Assembly: GCF_006345805.1 (NCBI RefSeq) | Contig: NC_043002.1 | Coordinates: forward strand, 28,086,001-28,150,000 | DNA length: 64,000 bases | Reading direction: 5' to 3' | Source: Octopus sinensis | Lineage: Eukaryota | Shown: positions 38,700 to 51,639 of the stretch, piece by piece | How the letters are laid out: each line of letters begins with the position of its first letter | Numbering within the stretch: the first letter of the stretch is position 1 | Translations under genes and position numbers: made by a program | The notes under the pieces: model-generated | What the model saw: the letters and a program-made list of their open reading frames with translations, nothing else | What the model was told of the DNA's origin: nothing | Database searches by the model: none

Positions 38700-39532
38700 C
38701 TATTTGATCAAGGAAAGGATCATTGGTGTTTCGCAGAAAGTGCATAGAGCACACTTCAAAACGCCGAACTTCTTGACTTTCATTGAGCTCGTGCAGTACC
38801 CATATATCGAGCTTTTTCCCCTTACTAATCTTCTGCAGCCTAGTCCACCAGACAACCTCTTTCGCCGACCAATTTTAATTGTAGACATCTTATGCTATCC
38901 TTATCCGCTGACCTAATAAATACTCTATCTAGATACGATCTGGATGGCCCATTGTGATTGCTCCATATCCACACTAGCACATCAGGGAAATCCAGTCGAT
39001 ACCTGTCAGACAGCTGGAAATTTCTGAGCAGATTTTCGAGGGTTTTACACACACTTTTTCTATTTACAAGACCTACACAGTCCTTCCGTGCGTCCAGAAT
39101 ATTATTCCAGTCCCTCAGTAGTTCTAAAGTGCGAGACGTTCCCAGGAATGTTTCAAGACGCCTGAAGAAATCTGACCTCCTAGCTACTGTGGGAGCATAC
39201 ACGGCCACCAATCTAAAGGTACTACCTTCACCTCCATTCATATCTAGGATCACCACCCTACCGTCCGGATCCGAGAAGATTGCCCTTACTTTGAAACCTA
39301 AGGATTTTCGGAATAATACTGCTACACCACTGCCCGCTCCCGACAGACCACAAGACGAGAATACCTAGTAGTTTTCGAAAATGGATCCAAGAGCATGTTT
39401 CCCAGCAATTCTCGTCTCACTAATTGCTGTCACATCTAAATTTAGGGAACTGAGATCGTTGAGCAGGTGACCCTGCTTCCAAGACGAACCCAGTCCCCGA
39501 ACATTTACACAGCCAGCTCTCAGTGAAGCCAT
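38700..39532 (-). mobile_element. Tx1/L1-clade LINE ORF2 N-terminal AP endonuclease fragment
   Basis: MASLRAGCVNVRGL..DVTAISET..GVAVLFR..DPDGRVVILD..LVAVYAP..DWNNILD..SYLDRVFI; one stop at ~39367. Confidence 0.9.
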
Positions 39533-39964
39533 TTAACTTAGAGGAAAGAAAACGGAGTTACGCACCTTGTTCTTCAGGGTGGTGGTGGTGGTGATTAAAA
39601 AACCAATGCTCGTGGAAGCATTTGAAATGACTAGTAAATGAACTAAAAATTAGTTGAGAATGACCGCTGGATTACCATTCATGCAGGTTGCGGAAAAGAT
39701 TGTATTCAGTGTTAACTCAAACGTAACTAGACTGTATATAAAATAAAGAATGATGACAGAGGATTGATTAGTGTAGATCAAAGGTTCTCATCGGGGGGGG
39801 GGGGCATATGGCTTCCGGGAGGTCATTTAGAGCTCGGTGAGGGCATTTTGGAACAAAGCGGCTCTAGTTAAAAGACATTAGTTTAAACTAACAGTCAGTT
39901 TAAAAAAAAACGTCTTTTTGTTTCAAATTTTCAAACATTTTCCATTTTAGCGACACCAATGCGC

Positions 39965-40060
39965 CATACGTAACTGGTGTACCATATGTAACTGGTGTAC
40001 CATATGTAACTGGTGTACCATATGTAACTGGTGTACCATATGTAACTGGTGTACCATATG
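39965..40060. repeat. 18-bp minisatellite (catatgtaactggtgtac) x5
   Basis: Seen directly. Confidence 0.9.
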
Positions 40061-40061
40061 C

Positions 40062-40108
<47 letters not shown>

Positions 40109-40479
40109 ATGTGTGTGCGTGTGTGTGTGCGTGTGTATGTGCGTGTGTGTGTGCATGTGTGTGTGGTAGAAATCTGCGGATGCGCAAACGCACAAAACGG
40201 AGAAAATGAAACAAATATGGACTTGTTCCGAAACACGCCCGAGTGGGGAACGGTTCTCAAAAATAACCCCTGATTGTTTTCCCGAAAACTTACTACGTTC
40301 TCGGAATCTACATAGTCCAAGGTATTTTTGTAGTGAATGTCATTCAAAAATATCCATTTTTGTGAAAGTTATGATCATCTAAATTCGTGGTGAGGGGCAG
40401 AAATCTGAATTTTTGCCTATATGTATATATTATATCTATAAAAGGGAGAATGTGTGTGCGTGTGTGTACATGATTGTAA

Positions 40480-40680
40480 TTTATGCACGTCCACAAATTA
40501 GCACGCATGTCGCTCAAATAATAATAAAATCGAAAAATACCTTAGGAATGAGAACCCAGGTTTCAAATTTTCCCCAAGACACCTGATGAAGGCTGGAGGG
40601 TATATCAGTCGAATCGTTGTGTTAACAATAAACAAGATGAGGACAAATATCCGTCGATTGTAAATAATCTAAATAATGTA
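40480..40680 (+). mobile_element. Solo PLE pseudo-LTR with degenerate hammerhead
   Basis: ACAC-CUGAUGA(40583-89)-A-GGCUG..CAGUC-GAAU(normally GAAA)-CG-UU|GUGU, followed by aataaa. Confidence 0.6.
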
Positions 40681-41328
40681 GGATCTATTTGTTCGAATAA
40701 ACCTTTCAAAGAAATCCTCCATCATGGTCGCAGTCCAATGACTGAAACAAGTAAATAGTATTGCTAACAGTATTACTATCATTATCAGCATCATCGTCGT
40801 CGTCGTCATTGTTTTTGTTGTTGTCCTTTCGTTGTTGTAGCAAAACACAAAAAGTTATTTTCTCAATTTACATATTTCTACAAAGAAATCGACACCACAT
40901 TTTCCATACAAAACTACAAAACAATTGAACAAATACGACAATTCAGAACAAATTTCAAGAAAAGAGAGAAAAACTCATAATAGGGTTTAATTGAAAAGGA
41001 ATTTCATGGGGGTTCAAATCTAAAGACAAATCTTTAGATTCTGTCGCATGTTTCGTCAAACCCTCACACATATAAATGTATAAATGATTGATTACAATCA
41101 CAATAGTAGCACAGTACACGTTGAATATTTGGCAGCAAGTGGAATCAGGTCGGTAGCATTTGGTACGAATCATTAATTGGTATTTAATTGAATAAAAATA
41201 TATTACGAATTAATGCCAGCATTTTTCTTTTCTGTGCATTAAATCTATATTTTATTTTACATTTTTCTCCGATACATGATAAAGTTAAGTTCGACTGTAC
41301 ATGTACATTTGTATGAACAGATCATGAC

Positions 41329-41359
<31 letters not shown>

Positions 41360-41415
41360 TGTATGTATGTATGTATGTATGTATGTATGTATGTATGTAT
41401 GTATGTATGTATGCA

Positions 41416-41493
<78 letters not shown>

Positions 41494-41650
41494 TATCTTT
41501 ATATATATGTATATATATACAAAATATACATATATATATATTCTTTTATATGTATATGTGTGCGCGTTTAAATATAAACTATATATATAAACATCCTTTA
41601 GTATATGCGTGTGCGAGTGTGTGAATATGATACACACACACACACACACA

Positions 41651-41688
<38 letters not shown>

Positions 41689-41749
41689 TACAAATATAGA
41701 AAGCGTTGTAGAGGGTGCCATGAGTATATTTGCCCTACTAAGACATTTT

Positions 41750-42121
41750 TTACTTGTTTCAGTCATTTGACAGCGACCATGCTGGAGCACTGTCTTTAGG
41801 ACTTATTCTTTGTAAGCCTAGTACTTATTCTATCGGTCTATATTGCCGAACCGCTAAGTTAAGTGGACGTAAACACACCAGCATCGGTTGTCAAGCGATG
41901 TTGGGGTGACAAACAGAGACACACAAACATACACACACATATACATATACATATATACGACGGGTTTCTTTCAGTTTACATCTACCAAATCCACTCACAA
42001 GGCTTTGGTAGGCTCGAGGCTATAGTAGAAGACACTTGCATAAGGTGCCACGCAGTGGGACTGAACCCAGAACCACGTGGTTGGTAAGCAAGCTACTTAC
42101 CACACAGCCACTCCTGCGCCT
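41750..42121 (-). mobile_element. SINE family A, full length
   Basis: tRNA-like head aggcgcaggagtggctgtgtggtaagtagc..ggttcagtccc, internal microsatellite, tail ..atgactgaaacaagtaaa. Confidence 0.9.
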
Positions 42122-42344
42122 AAAACGTAAAGCCAGACGAAATACTATTAAGCATTTCGCCCGGCGCGCTAACGCTTCTGCCAGCTCGCCATACATACAG
42201 ATTTTTAGGTTAAGAATTCAAATCACTCCACGATGAACTTTTTATCACTCAAGAATCTATCGAATGAAATGCCTTTGATGTAGTGGCTTATGCGTTAATT
42301 GGAATTATTATTATTATTATTATTATCATTATTATTATTATTAA

Positions 42345-42552
42345 TGTGGCGAGCTGGCAGAATCGTTAGCATACCGGGCAAAATGCTTAGCGGCATTTCG
42401 TCCGTCTTCACGTTCAGGTTTCAAATTCCGCCGAGGTTGACTTTGCCTTTACTCCTTTCAGGGTCTATAAAATGAGTACCAGTGAAACACTGGAGTCAAT
42501 GTAATCGATTAATTTCCTCCCCCAAAATTTCAGGCCTTGTGCTTTTAGTAGA

Positions 42553-42556
<4 letters not shown>
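42345..42556 (+). mobile_element. SINE family B in a (TTA)n array
   Basis: ggcgagctggcagaatcgttagc head; flanked on both sides by (tta)n. Confidence 0.85.
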
Positions 42557-42592
<36 letters not shown>

Positions 42593-42594
42593 AA

Positions 42595-43187
42595 CTGTTC
42601 AATATTTGGTAGATTGAGGCAAATTTCTACTGCATCACCAGCTACACCTCCATGTTACTAGGGTGTGTGCAGTATTGCCTGTTCTTTGCTGCTGGGAGTG
42701 TGTGAACTCTTCCTAGTATTGTACTGTGTTAGTCTTTTTCCTTGAGGTGTGGTGATGTCTTTTGTTGTGTTGCTGCTTGTACTGTGTGTTGAGTGTGTAA
42801 TGCTTTGGTTTCGGGGTTGCTGGTGGGAGTTTATTTCATTGGGTAAATGTTGTATAGAATGTATCTTGTATTTGTGGGTTGTTTTTTTTTTTCGGTTCTA
42901 TTATTGGATTGATAGTGTTTTGCGTAGAATGTGGGCTGTTCCTAGCAGGGCTATTTTTTGGACAGTGTGCAGTGTTGTGTCACTGCCCAATCCTTGATTA
43001 TTATGTCTGAACGATTAGCTCTTATTACTTTGTCGGTTTGAACCGGCATATCTCAGATGATTGTGACTTGTATCTTTGTTTTGTATCTTGCTTGGCACAT
43101 GCTTATACCACCTGCTGTCAGTTTGATGTTGCAATTTTGGGATATTGCCCAGTGGATGTAACTGCTTATTTTGTCGTGTCTGTGTGC
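42595..43187 (-). mobile_element. R4/Dong-like 3' fragment (RLE domain and 3'UTR)
   Basis: RHDKISSYIHW..DMPVQTDKVIRANRSDIIIKD..QKIALLGTAHILRKTLSIQ; the tail merges with (TTA)n at 42556-42592. Confidence 0.8.
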
Positions 43188-43256
43188 ATGTTATTATTAT
43201 TATTATTATTATTATTATATTATTATTATTATTATATATTATTATTATTATTATTA

Positions 43257-43357
<101 letters not shown>

Positions 43358-43385
43358 TATTATTATTATTATTATTATTATTATC

Positions 43386-43630
43386 ATTCAGTAGTTTTAT
43401 TTTTATAACGTGCCTTTACTTCACTACCGAGTGCAGTTCTGTGTGCCTTGGGTATGTGCTGTGATTTATTGTGATGCTCTGGTGGTTACTGTATTGAAAG
43501 TGTTCTGCGTAGGATATGTGCAGTGCCTAGTAGTGCAAGTTTCTGTATGTTATATGTGTTTGTAAATCCTGGTGTTTTTGTTATATATTTGTCTGAATAT
43601 TTTTTTATCATGCCTAATGCACCTACTTAT
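43386..43630 (-). mobile_element. R4/Dong-like 3' end with a long (TAA)n tail (43190-43385)
   Basis: Reverse complement of 8850-9080. Confidence 0.85.
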
Positions 43631-43636
43631 TATTAT

Positions 43637-43850
43637 TAAGGTGACGAGCTGGCAGAATCGTTAGCACGCCGGGCAAAATGCTTTGTAGCATTTCGTCCGT
43701 TTTTACGTTCTGGATTAAAATTCCGCTAAGGTTGACCTTGCCTTTCATCCTTTCGTAGTCTACATATTAAGTACCAGTCAAGTACTCGGATCAATGTGAT
43801 CGACTACCAACTCCCCATAAATTCCAGGCTTAGTGCTTATAGTAGTTATT
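43637..43850 (+). mobile_element. SINE family B
   Basis: Head and core motif as at 42345. Confidence 0.85.
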
Positions 43851-44355
43851 GTTGTTGTTGTTGTTGTTAAATGTTGATATTACTAGTAGCAAGCACTTTC
43901 TTCCAGGACTTCCTAATGAAAGTATTTCTTTTTACTTATCGTTTAGAGTCTATGCTTATCTGGAATACAGGAAAAACTTGTCTTTAGGCTTGTTCAACAA
44001 TCTACTCTTCATTTAACAACTACCATTTACAATATTTACACGCATTGCAAAATGGCTACATATGAAATGCCTGAATGTTTCGTCACAAAATATTGTTAGC
44101 TGTAATGTAAACAGACCCTATCCTAAGTTAATTTCAAACACTCGGAGCACTAAACAGAATTAGAAGGATAAACTTTAATTTTAACTTTTAAAAATGTACT
44201 AACAGCAGCAAGAATACCAACAGCAGCAGCATTCCATCATTTGCCAAATTTGTGGTGTAAAAGTAGTGTAAATGTCAAAAACGGCAGCGCCCGTTTCCTT
44301 ACATACACATACACGCTCCCCCATATATATTTATATACATATATATATATACATA

Positions 44356-44418
<63 letters not shown>

Positions 44419-44619
44419 CATACATACATACATACATATATTTCGGGTTATTCATTCTATTTTCTTGCCAAATAACCTATCGACACCGTCTCTGGGATAT
44501 AGTGACCTGTACATAGAATTATCTTCCTTGTTTTATGACTTATGTTTCTTAATTCTTCTTTATTCCAGTTCAGAAAAGCAACAGAATATCGTATCAGAGA
44601 CACCACCCATGTGTTTACT

Positions 44620-46070
44620 GCAGAGGTGTTTTCCCTCCATTCAGTTTTAAGATTATCACCCTTTTCACACTCGGGAGATATTCATTTCTCATCTCTTTCC
44701 TTTCTTGACAGAGAATTCTATCTGTCACCAATACACTAAGGTACTTGTTACTCTCACCGTCATTCATTGCCCGGATTGATGTCTCATCTGGGAGCTTCGA
44801 CCCTTCTAACTTGGATATTTTCCGCTCTTTATTACTGGCACCGTACATCTACCTTTTTAGATTCCATGCCAATGTCATCACTCATAGCTCTAATAGTTTT
44901 AACCAGTGAATCTAAAGCTTTCTCACTTTCGGCAAATAATTTCAGGTCGTCCATAAATAGGAGGTGTTTCATTTTCTTATCACTGCTGAATTTTTGGAAT
45001 GGTTTAGCTGCTCTCTCTCTAGATAAACGTAAGTAGAATCGGAGCAACCATGAATACCATTGGGGAGAATGAGTGTATCACCTTGGAATATTCCCTTACT
45101 TATGCTGACTTGACGTTAGTATAGTTCTCCATTTTGGCATATTGTTTTGTTAGAGCTGGACAAAATTCTCAGCAATCCAAATTATATTGGGACATTCTAG
45201 GCTCCATGATAGTGGCACATTTTCACATGCCTTTTGGTAGTCAATCCATGTAGTTGCAAAGTTTCTCTTCCTGCTTTTGACCTGTCGGAGAACTCATTGA
45301 TCTATATATGATAACCTGTTTGTCCCTTTAGAACCTTTGTTACATCCTTTATTCTTCTGACAGATATACATTTACATATATCTTCTGCAAGAAAACCTAT
45401 TAGCAACTTTCATGTCACTAGAAGGCAAGTTATTGAGCGGTAGTTACCTGCAATATTTACTTTCTTTTGCTCTTTCAATATCAATACCATCCTGCCTTTC
45501 GTCATCCATTCAGGAATAATCCCCCGTCTCAATACAACTATTTAGTTGTGTATTCGATCTTTCATGGAGCGCAGTGTAACGTCTTAGCTAAAATCTGTGG
45601 ACCAGATCTGGTCCTGGAGATTTCATGTTTGGCATCCCTTTCAAGACATTTTTCAACTATTCTCTTGTGATCTCTATTTTTGATTTGGAAAATCTGCTTA
45701 TTTGCCTTTATCTATTTTATCTGCGTAGTTATTGTGCTTCATTTCGTGGCTCAAAATATTTCTCCAGAGTTCCTTTGTCTCTTCCTTGTTAGATGGTATG
45801 TTCACTATAACATCACCATTTATTTCCTCGTGAAATCTACTTTGATCTGTTTTGAACAACTTATATCGTCTAAACTGTTCAATTCTGTTAATGAATCTCT
45901 TGATCTTTGCAGCTTTCGCGTTTATCGTTTGTTTTAATTCTTCCATTACTCGCCTATAAACCTTTTTGCTGCAGAGAGTGCTTTCTTCGGATTGCTTCAA
46001 GGAATCTAGTTTTATCTTATCCCCGTTGCTAACCATCTCTTCTCTCGCAAGGGCTTTTCGCAACTAGTCT
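44620..46070 (-). mobile_element. R4/Dong-like RT fragment, decayed
   Basis: INAKAAKIKRF..QFRRYKLFKTDQSRF; GIFQGD; HLLFMDDLKLFAESEKALDSL; YLSVL..KLNGG. Confidence 0.85.
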
Positions 46071-46210
46071 ACTTTCCCTACAGAAGCTTTTTCATTAGGG
46101 TTTATCTTTATATGCATAAATATAACATGCATATATACAACATTTACACACACACACACACAGATAGATAGATGTTCTTCGTTCAAATCGTATAGATTAT
46201 ACAATATATA

Positions 46211-46259
<49 letters not shown>

Positions 46260-47839
46260 ATATAACCTTTAATAACTACACATACAGCAGCAACAGCAGC
46301 AGCAGTAGCAATAGTAGTAGTAGTTGATATAGCAGTAATAGCTGGTGTGGTATGCCTTTAACGAGATGAGGAATCAGTAAAAGATAAAACTTGCAGAGAG
46401 ATGTTAGGTTCCAGTGATGCCTTAATTTTCTAGAAATTCTATGCCATTATTTCCCCACCTTTCTCTCTCTCTCTCTCACTCACTCATTCTCTCTTTATAT
46501 CGCTCGCTCTGTGCGTGTTTCTCTCTCTCCCTCTGTAAATCCCTTCTCTGTCTCTTACTTCACTCTCTCCCTCTTTGTATCCCTTTCCATGTTTCTTGCT
46601 CCACTATCTCCCTCTTTCTCTTTCTACCCAATTACTGCGTGGAATTAATTGAATTTTCTACTCAAAAACATGAAGATTTCATTAATAGATGAAGTTATTT
46701 CCGATGTCTCATTCAGATTCCTAAAATAATTGTCAATCTTTGTTGTTTTTGTTGTTCATGTTGTTGTCGTTATTGTATGTGCCGTTGTCGTTGTTGCGGT
46801 TGTTATTGTTGTTTTGTTAATGCTGCTGAGGCTGTTGTTTATGTATGTTGAATGTCGTGCAAGAGACTTCGCCCTTATAATCGTTGTTGTTGTTGTTGTT
46901 TAACCATAGGTCAGACGTAGCCGTGATTATCCCGTCATTTATTCAAACATAATCTAAATTGGAGTACATATTCGACTTTTCCCTTTTTTTTTTAAGACGG
47001 CATGTGATATTCAACGATATAACCCTAGTTTCTAGTTTGCTGAGCGACAACATAGCAATCTCTCTCATTATTTCGTTCCCTTACTGCTGTTTCAAATGTT
47101 GTTTCTATGGTTGACAGGGAGTAACTAAGTCCCTTTACAACTGAAATGCATCTAATAAATTGAACGGGAGTAATCTACGGAACTTTGCAAGCTAGATTCA
47201 CTTTACTCAATCTCACACTTACACATTGCGCACACAACTTTATACCATAAAGTTTCGCCAATAAGCGTGAAGGCTTCCAAAAGCCAGCCCAGCGGGTCAA
47301 ACAGATCCGACGGATTATCTGCTTGAACATATTCCCAGATTAATTTCTACGGAGAAGAAACCAGAAATCATTGTAGCAGTGTGAACTACAAACACCTCTT
47401 GAAGTGGCGGGGTTAAACAGGGTGCTACGTTAGGGCTATTAGAATAGTTTTATATTTTATGTTAGAGCAATTAGAATAGTCTTTTATTTTATTTAAATCA
47501 TTAGATCTAATGTTATTGTTGTGATACTTTTTTTGTTATTGCTGAGTTTCTTAGAGGGGTCAATGGCAGAAGAGCTTTTAGTGTACTCGAGAGAATAGCT
47601 GGTAACGCTAAACGACCAAAACACTAATGTAGGGCATAAAAAGCTTTGTAGTGCAGGATGACAGCTGAATCTCTAATTCAAGGGCAAATCCCTTGCAAGG
47701 TTCAACCATTAGTACAAGGGACAAAATACTTTGTGGTTATCCAGTTGTATTTTGTTTTGTTCCCAACTTTGAACTGCATGTTCTCAAAGTTGATTATATA
47801 AGTACTAGTAATATACTGATTTAAGATATTTGTGAAATC

Positions 47840-47874
<35 letters not shown>

Positions 47875-48859
47875 CAGCAGCAGTTGTAATGGTTTGTGAT
47901 GGTATTTAAAGCTTGGTCAGCTTTAAACAGGTCTACAACATTATGCTTTCTAGTTATTCTTCGAGGAGTAATATACGGTAATTTGCATCTGCTTTGTAAG
48001 CATTCAAAATGTTTAGCTAAAGATATATGCCATGCCTTGAAAACATGGCTGCATTTGTTACTGTACTCATTTTATCACTGTGTATTTTCCATGAATTTTT
48101 CTTAGGAGGAAAAGCCAATGCGCATGACCTATGACGCTTAAAGGGCTTCCAAGACTGATGAATAGGAGGGATGAAGGCATACTCAAACCATATTTGTGAC
48201 CTGAATATTTGTAATAGCATGGACACCTCCCTAAACACTGTGATGATGGTGATAGGTAGTGAGAGGATGATACTGATGGTGTTGGTATAAACTAAACTGT
48301 TAGTCCTGGATTAATAAAATCCACCTAACGTTCACCCATTTCAACACCTTGCAAGTCATAAAGAAATAATTCTTTAAATAATTTATTTTCTTAGAATCTT
48401 TCTATTTTTATATATTTTACGAATTTCCTGTGAACAATTCCACTGATATTTTTTTCCATGGCACGTCCATAAGAGATGTTATCACAGGAAAAATGTCGCA
48501 GTAACCGGTCTGTCTACACTGTATATACATTACTTACGGTGCATAGATTGCTATTTTAATTTAATATACCACAACTGCATACACCATTTTTTTATTCAGA
48601 CAAGTGGGTATTTGCAACATCAGTGTAAGTTTTATTCACTTTTCCTGTACCAGAGGTGGAGAATTTTCGTCTTAGTATGACTGATTGCGAGTACTCGTCA
48701 TAGGAAAGGTTCAAAAAGGCTGAAATGCGTCTTGTGTTCACACTGGCCGCTGTTTTTAGCTGAACACGTCATTAACAGATGCTACCTCAGGACAAATACC
48801 GCAATCACTGGCCTATTTGACAGTGTGTATATATCACATACGATAATAGATAGATATAT

Positions 48860-48903
<44 letters not shown>

Positions 48904-48913
48904 AGAGAGAGAG

Positions 48914-48958
<45 letters not shown>

Positions 48959-49384
48959 GATAGATATATACCTGTATGTATATATATGTAATTTATGGTA
49001 TAATTATAAACATGGCAAATTTTACCCATTTTCCGCGCGCGCGCACACACACACAAGTATAAACCAGATGTAACTAACAGCCTCTTCCAATTAATTAAAA
49101 AGATTATCGCATAGTCGATTCATTAGCTTGAGGGACTAACAAATATTCCTCACATCACAATTAAATGACAGAGAGGGCACACAAACCGCCTGTGTAAGAG
49201 TGACATATAAACATATGTACATCAGCATTTATACAGAAAAACTATACAGAAAAATTGAAGCATATGTAAATTGTATGCTAAATTTCAAGGCAAAAGGCAA
49301 GCCTATACAAACAACTCGTAACGTGCGTGTATATTGTGTGTGTGTGTGTACATATATATATGTGTGTGTCTGTGCCTATGTATG

Positions 49385-49622
49385 TATGAGAGAGCACGTA
49401 TCCAGCATGAAGAACTTAAGCGACCTGCGCGAAAGCGCATGGCTCGTATAGTGAATGGGGAAAGCTTGGTCTGCGATGTTTGCAGTCGTGTATGCTTGTC
49501 AAGAGCAGGGCTCATTAGCCACCAACGGAGCCGCAAATGCAAAATATAAGTTAGTCCTAGAGCGCACAATGTTCCTGAAGGCCGGCAATGGTCTTCCTCG
49601 GTCACGAGTGGACGGCAATCAT
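49385..49622 (+). mobile_element. RTE-clade LINE 3' end
   Basis: LVCDVCSRVCLSRAGLISHQR C2H2-like C-terminus, then a short 3'UTR ending atggtcttcctcggtcacgagtggacggcaatcat. Confidence 0.7.
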
Positions 49623-49989
49623 GTATATATTATAATAGTATATAAATACACGAAGAGAAGACCCTCGATAGGACTTCTTACATCTTCGAAAGGGCAGTCA
49701 CAACCCAATTTCTCAAGGCAGCTCGCTTGTAGGTACCGGAATGAATGAAAATTCGGTAAAACTTATACTCATGAGTTTCGCTTTTAATGACCAAATAAAT
49801 CAATTAATCAATTGATCGATTAGCCATATGTAGCTTGTCAGTATGTAAGAAGTCCTATCGAGGGTCTCCTCTTCGTGAATTTATACACTCTTATAAACAA
49901 ATATTTTACGTCTCGTGATATTTATTATACATGTGGACCACAGGTAATAAATTATTTAAATAATTTTTACCTTTATACTTATATATATA

Positions 49990-50037
<48 letters not shown>

Positions 50038-50379
50038 GCGTATAATAAGGGATGACCATTAAGTGGACATCCAATATGCTAGAAGAAGATCACCTACGAT
50101 CTAACTACAAAGAAAAGAATGTTCTCTAGAGAAATTCAGCCGGAAAGGTGGGGTTAGATTTGTGGGGGTGGGGTTACGAGGGAGGAGTAACGATGAAGGG
50201 AGACGGTGAATAGGAGTGAAGAGAAGAGAGAAGGAGAGAAGGAGTGAAGAGAAGAAGGCAACACAATCACAAGAGAGGTGAGGTGAGTGGGAGAAAGTAG
50301 GTATGAGAGGCAGAGAGGAGAGGAGAGGAAGTTAGATAAAGAGAGGAGGAGTGTAGAGCCCATGTGTTTCAAAGGACTG

Positions 50380-50545
50380 AAGAGAGAAGATTAATCCCTG
50401 TTCACGGCGCAAACGGGAGTCCGGCTGGCCCCTGTGCAAGGACAATCTGAATACAGATAGGTGATGCAAAGAGTGACCGGTAGAGCAGAAATAGCGCGAG
50501 ACCGGGGTATCATTGCCGATTCGGATGTCTCGGAGATGTTCACAA
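50380..50545 (-). mobile_element. PLE GIY-YIG C-terminal fragment
   Basis: EHLRDIRIGNDTPVSRYF..GHS..RLRREQGLIFSLQS..HGL. Confidence 0.7.
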
Positions 50546-50597
50546 ACATACACACATACATGTGCATAAATATATAATATATATTTGTATATACATA

Positions 50598-50677
<80 letters not shown>

Positions 50678-50702
50678 TATATATTATATATATATATATA
50701 TT

Positions 50703-51514
50703 AATTAACAATTGAGGATAAAATCTTTAAAAGAAATTATCAGTAGTCAGCGTGAAAAACCTCGTAAGAGAAAAAATCCGTAAATTCTTCCTCTTTGAAA
50801 ATATTCATTTATATTATATTGAGGGTACTACTATTCGTAGATACCAACATATTCTGCATTTGAATGCGAAATCACATGTGGTATGTAACTGAATTCTTTT
50901 TTAAAATGATGTGTTTTGAAGTTTTGCATTCGGTAAAATTTTGTTTATTTTTAGTAGTTTTGACCGCATTGGTCCCTCTTAGCGTGTTGGTATCTACGAA
51001 TAGTAGTACCCTCAATATAATATAAATGAATATTTTCAAAGAGGAAGAATTTACGGATTTTTTCTCTTACGAGGTTTTTCACGCTGACTACTGATAATTT
51101 CTTTTAAAGATTTTATCCTCAATTGTTAATTTATATTTTCCACCGGAATAGTTCAATACTGAATTTTTATTCCGAATAGACAATTTGTAACCGAAATGCA
51201 TTGCGAATGAGTCCGCCATTTTCATAGATATATAAAGATAAACATTCGGACATGCTACGACGAATTCTACGGTTGGCTATCGAGCTTGTAATGTTATGTT
51301 TTTCTATTATATTTCTTGAGTTTGTTGCACTGATGAACATAGAAATGCATATTCTGCATTTAAATGCGAAATCACATGTGGTATGTAACTGAATTCTTTT
51401 TTAAAATGATGTGTTTTGAAGTTTTGCATTCGGTAAAATTTTGTTTATTTTTAGTAGTTTTGACCGCATTGGTCCCTCTTAGCGTGTTGGTATCTACGAA
51501 TAGTAGTACCCTCA

Positions 51515-51522
<8 letters not shown>
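50703..51522. mobile_element. Non-coding 500-nt hammerhead-containing repeat (1.35 tandem units plus an inverted 146-bp piece) in (TA)n
   Basis: 50849-51022 equals 51349-51522 (period 500). 50703-50848 is the reverse complement of 50986-51131. Confidence 0.85.
51324..51389 (+). ncRNA. Type I hammerhead ribozyme, near-canonical
   Basis: GUUGCA-CUGAUGA(51330-36)-long stem II with an A.C first pair-GAAA(51368-71)-UCAC AU GUGG-UA|UGUAAC; 6-bp stem I. Confidence 0.7.
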
Positions 51523-51553
<31 letters not shown>

Positions 51554-51571
51554 ATATATATATATATATAT

Positions 51572-51614
<43 letters not shown>

Positions 51615-51639
51615 ATATGCACATATATATATATATGCA

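Noticed and set aside
47330-47440. GGVKQGATL motif suggesting LINE RT
   Set aside because: A single short motif with no supporting flanking domains.
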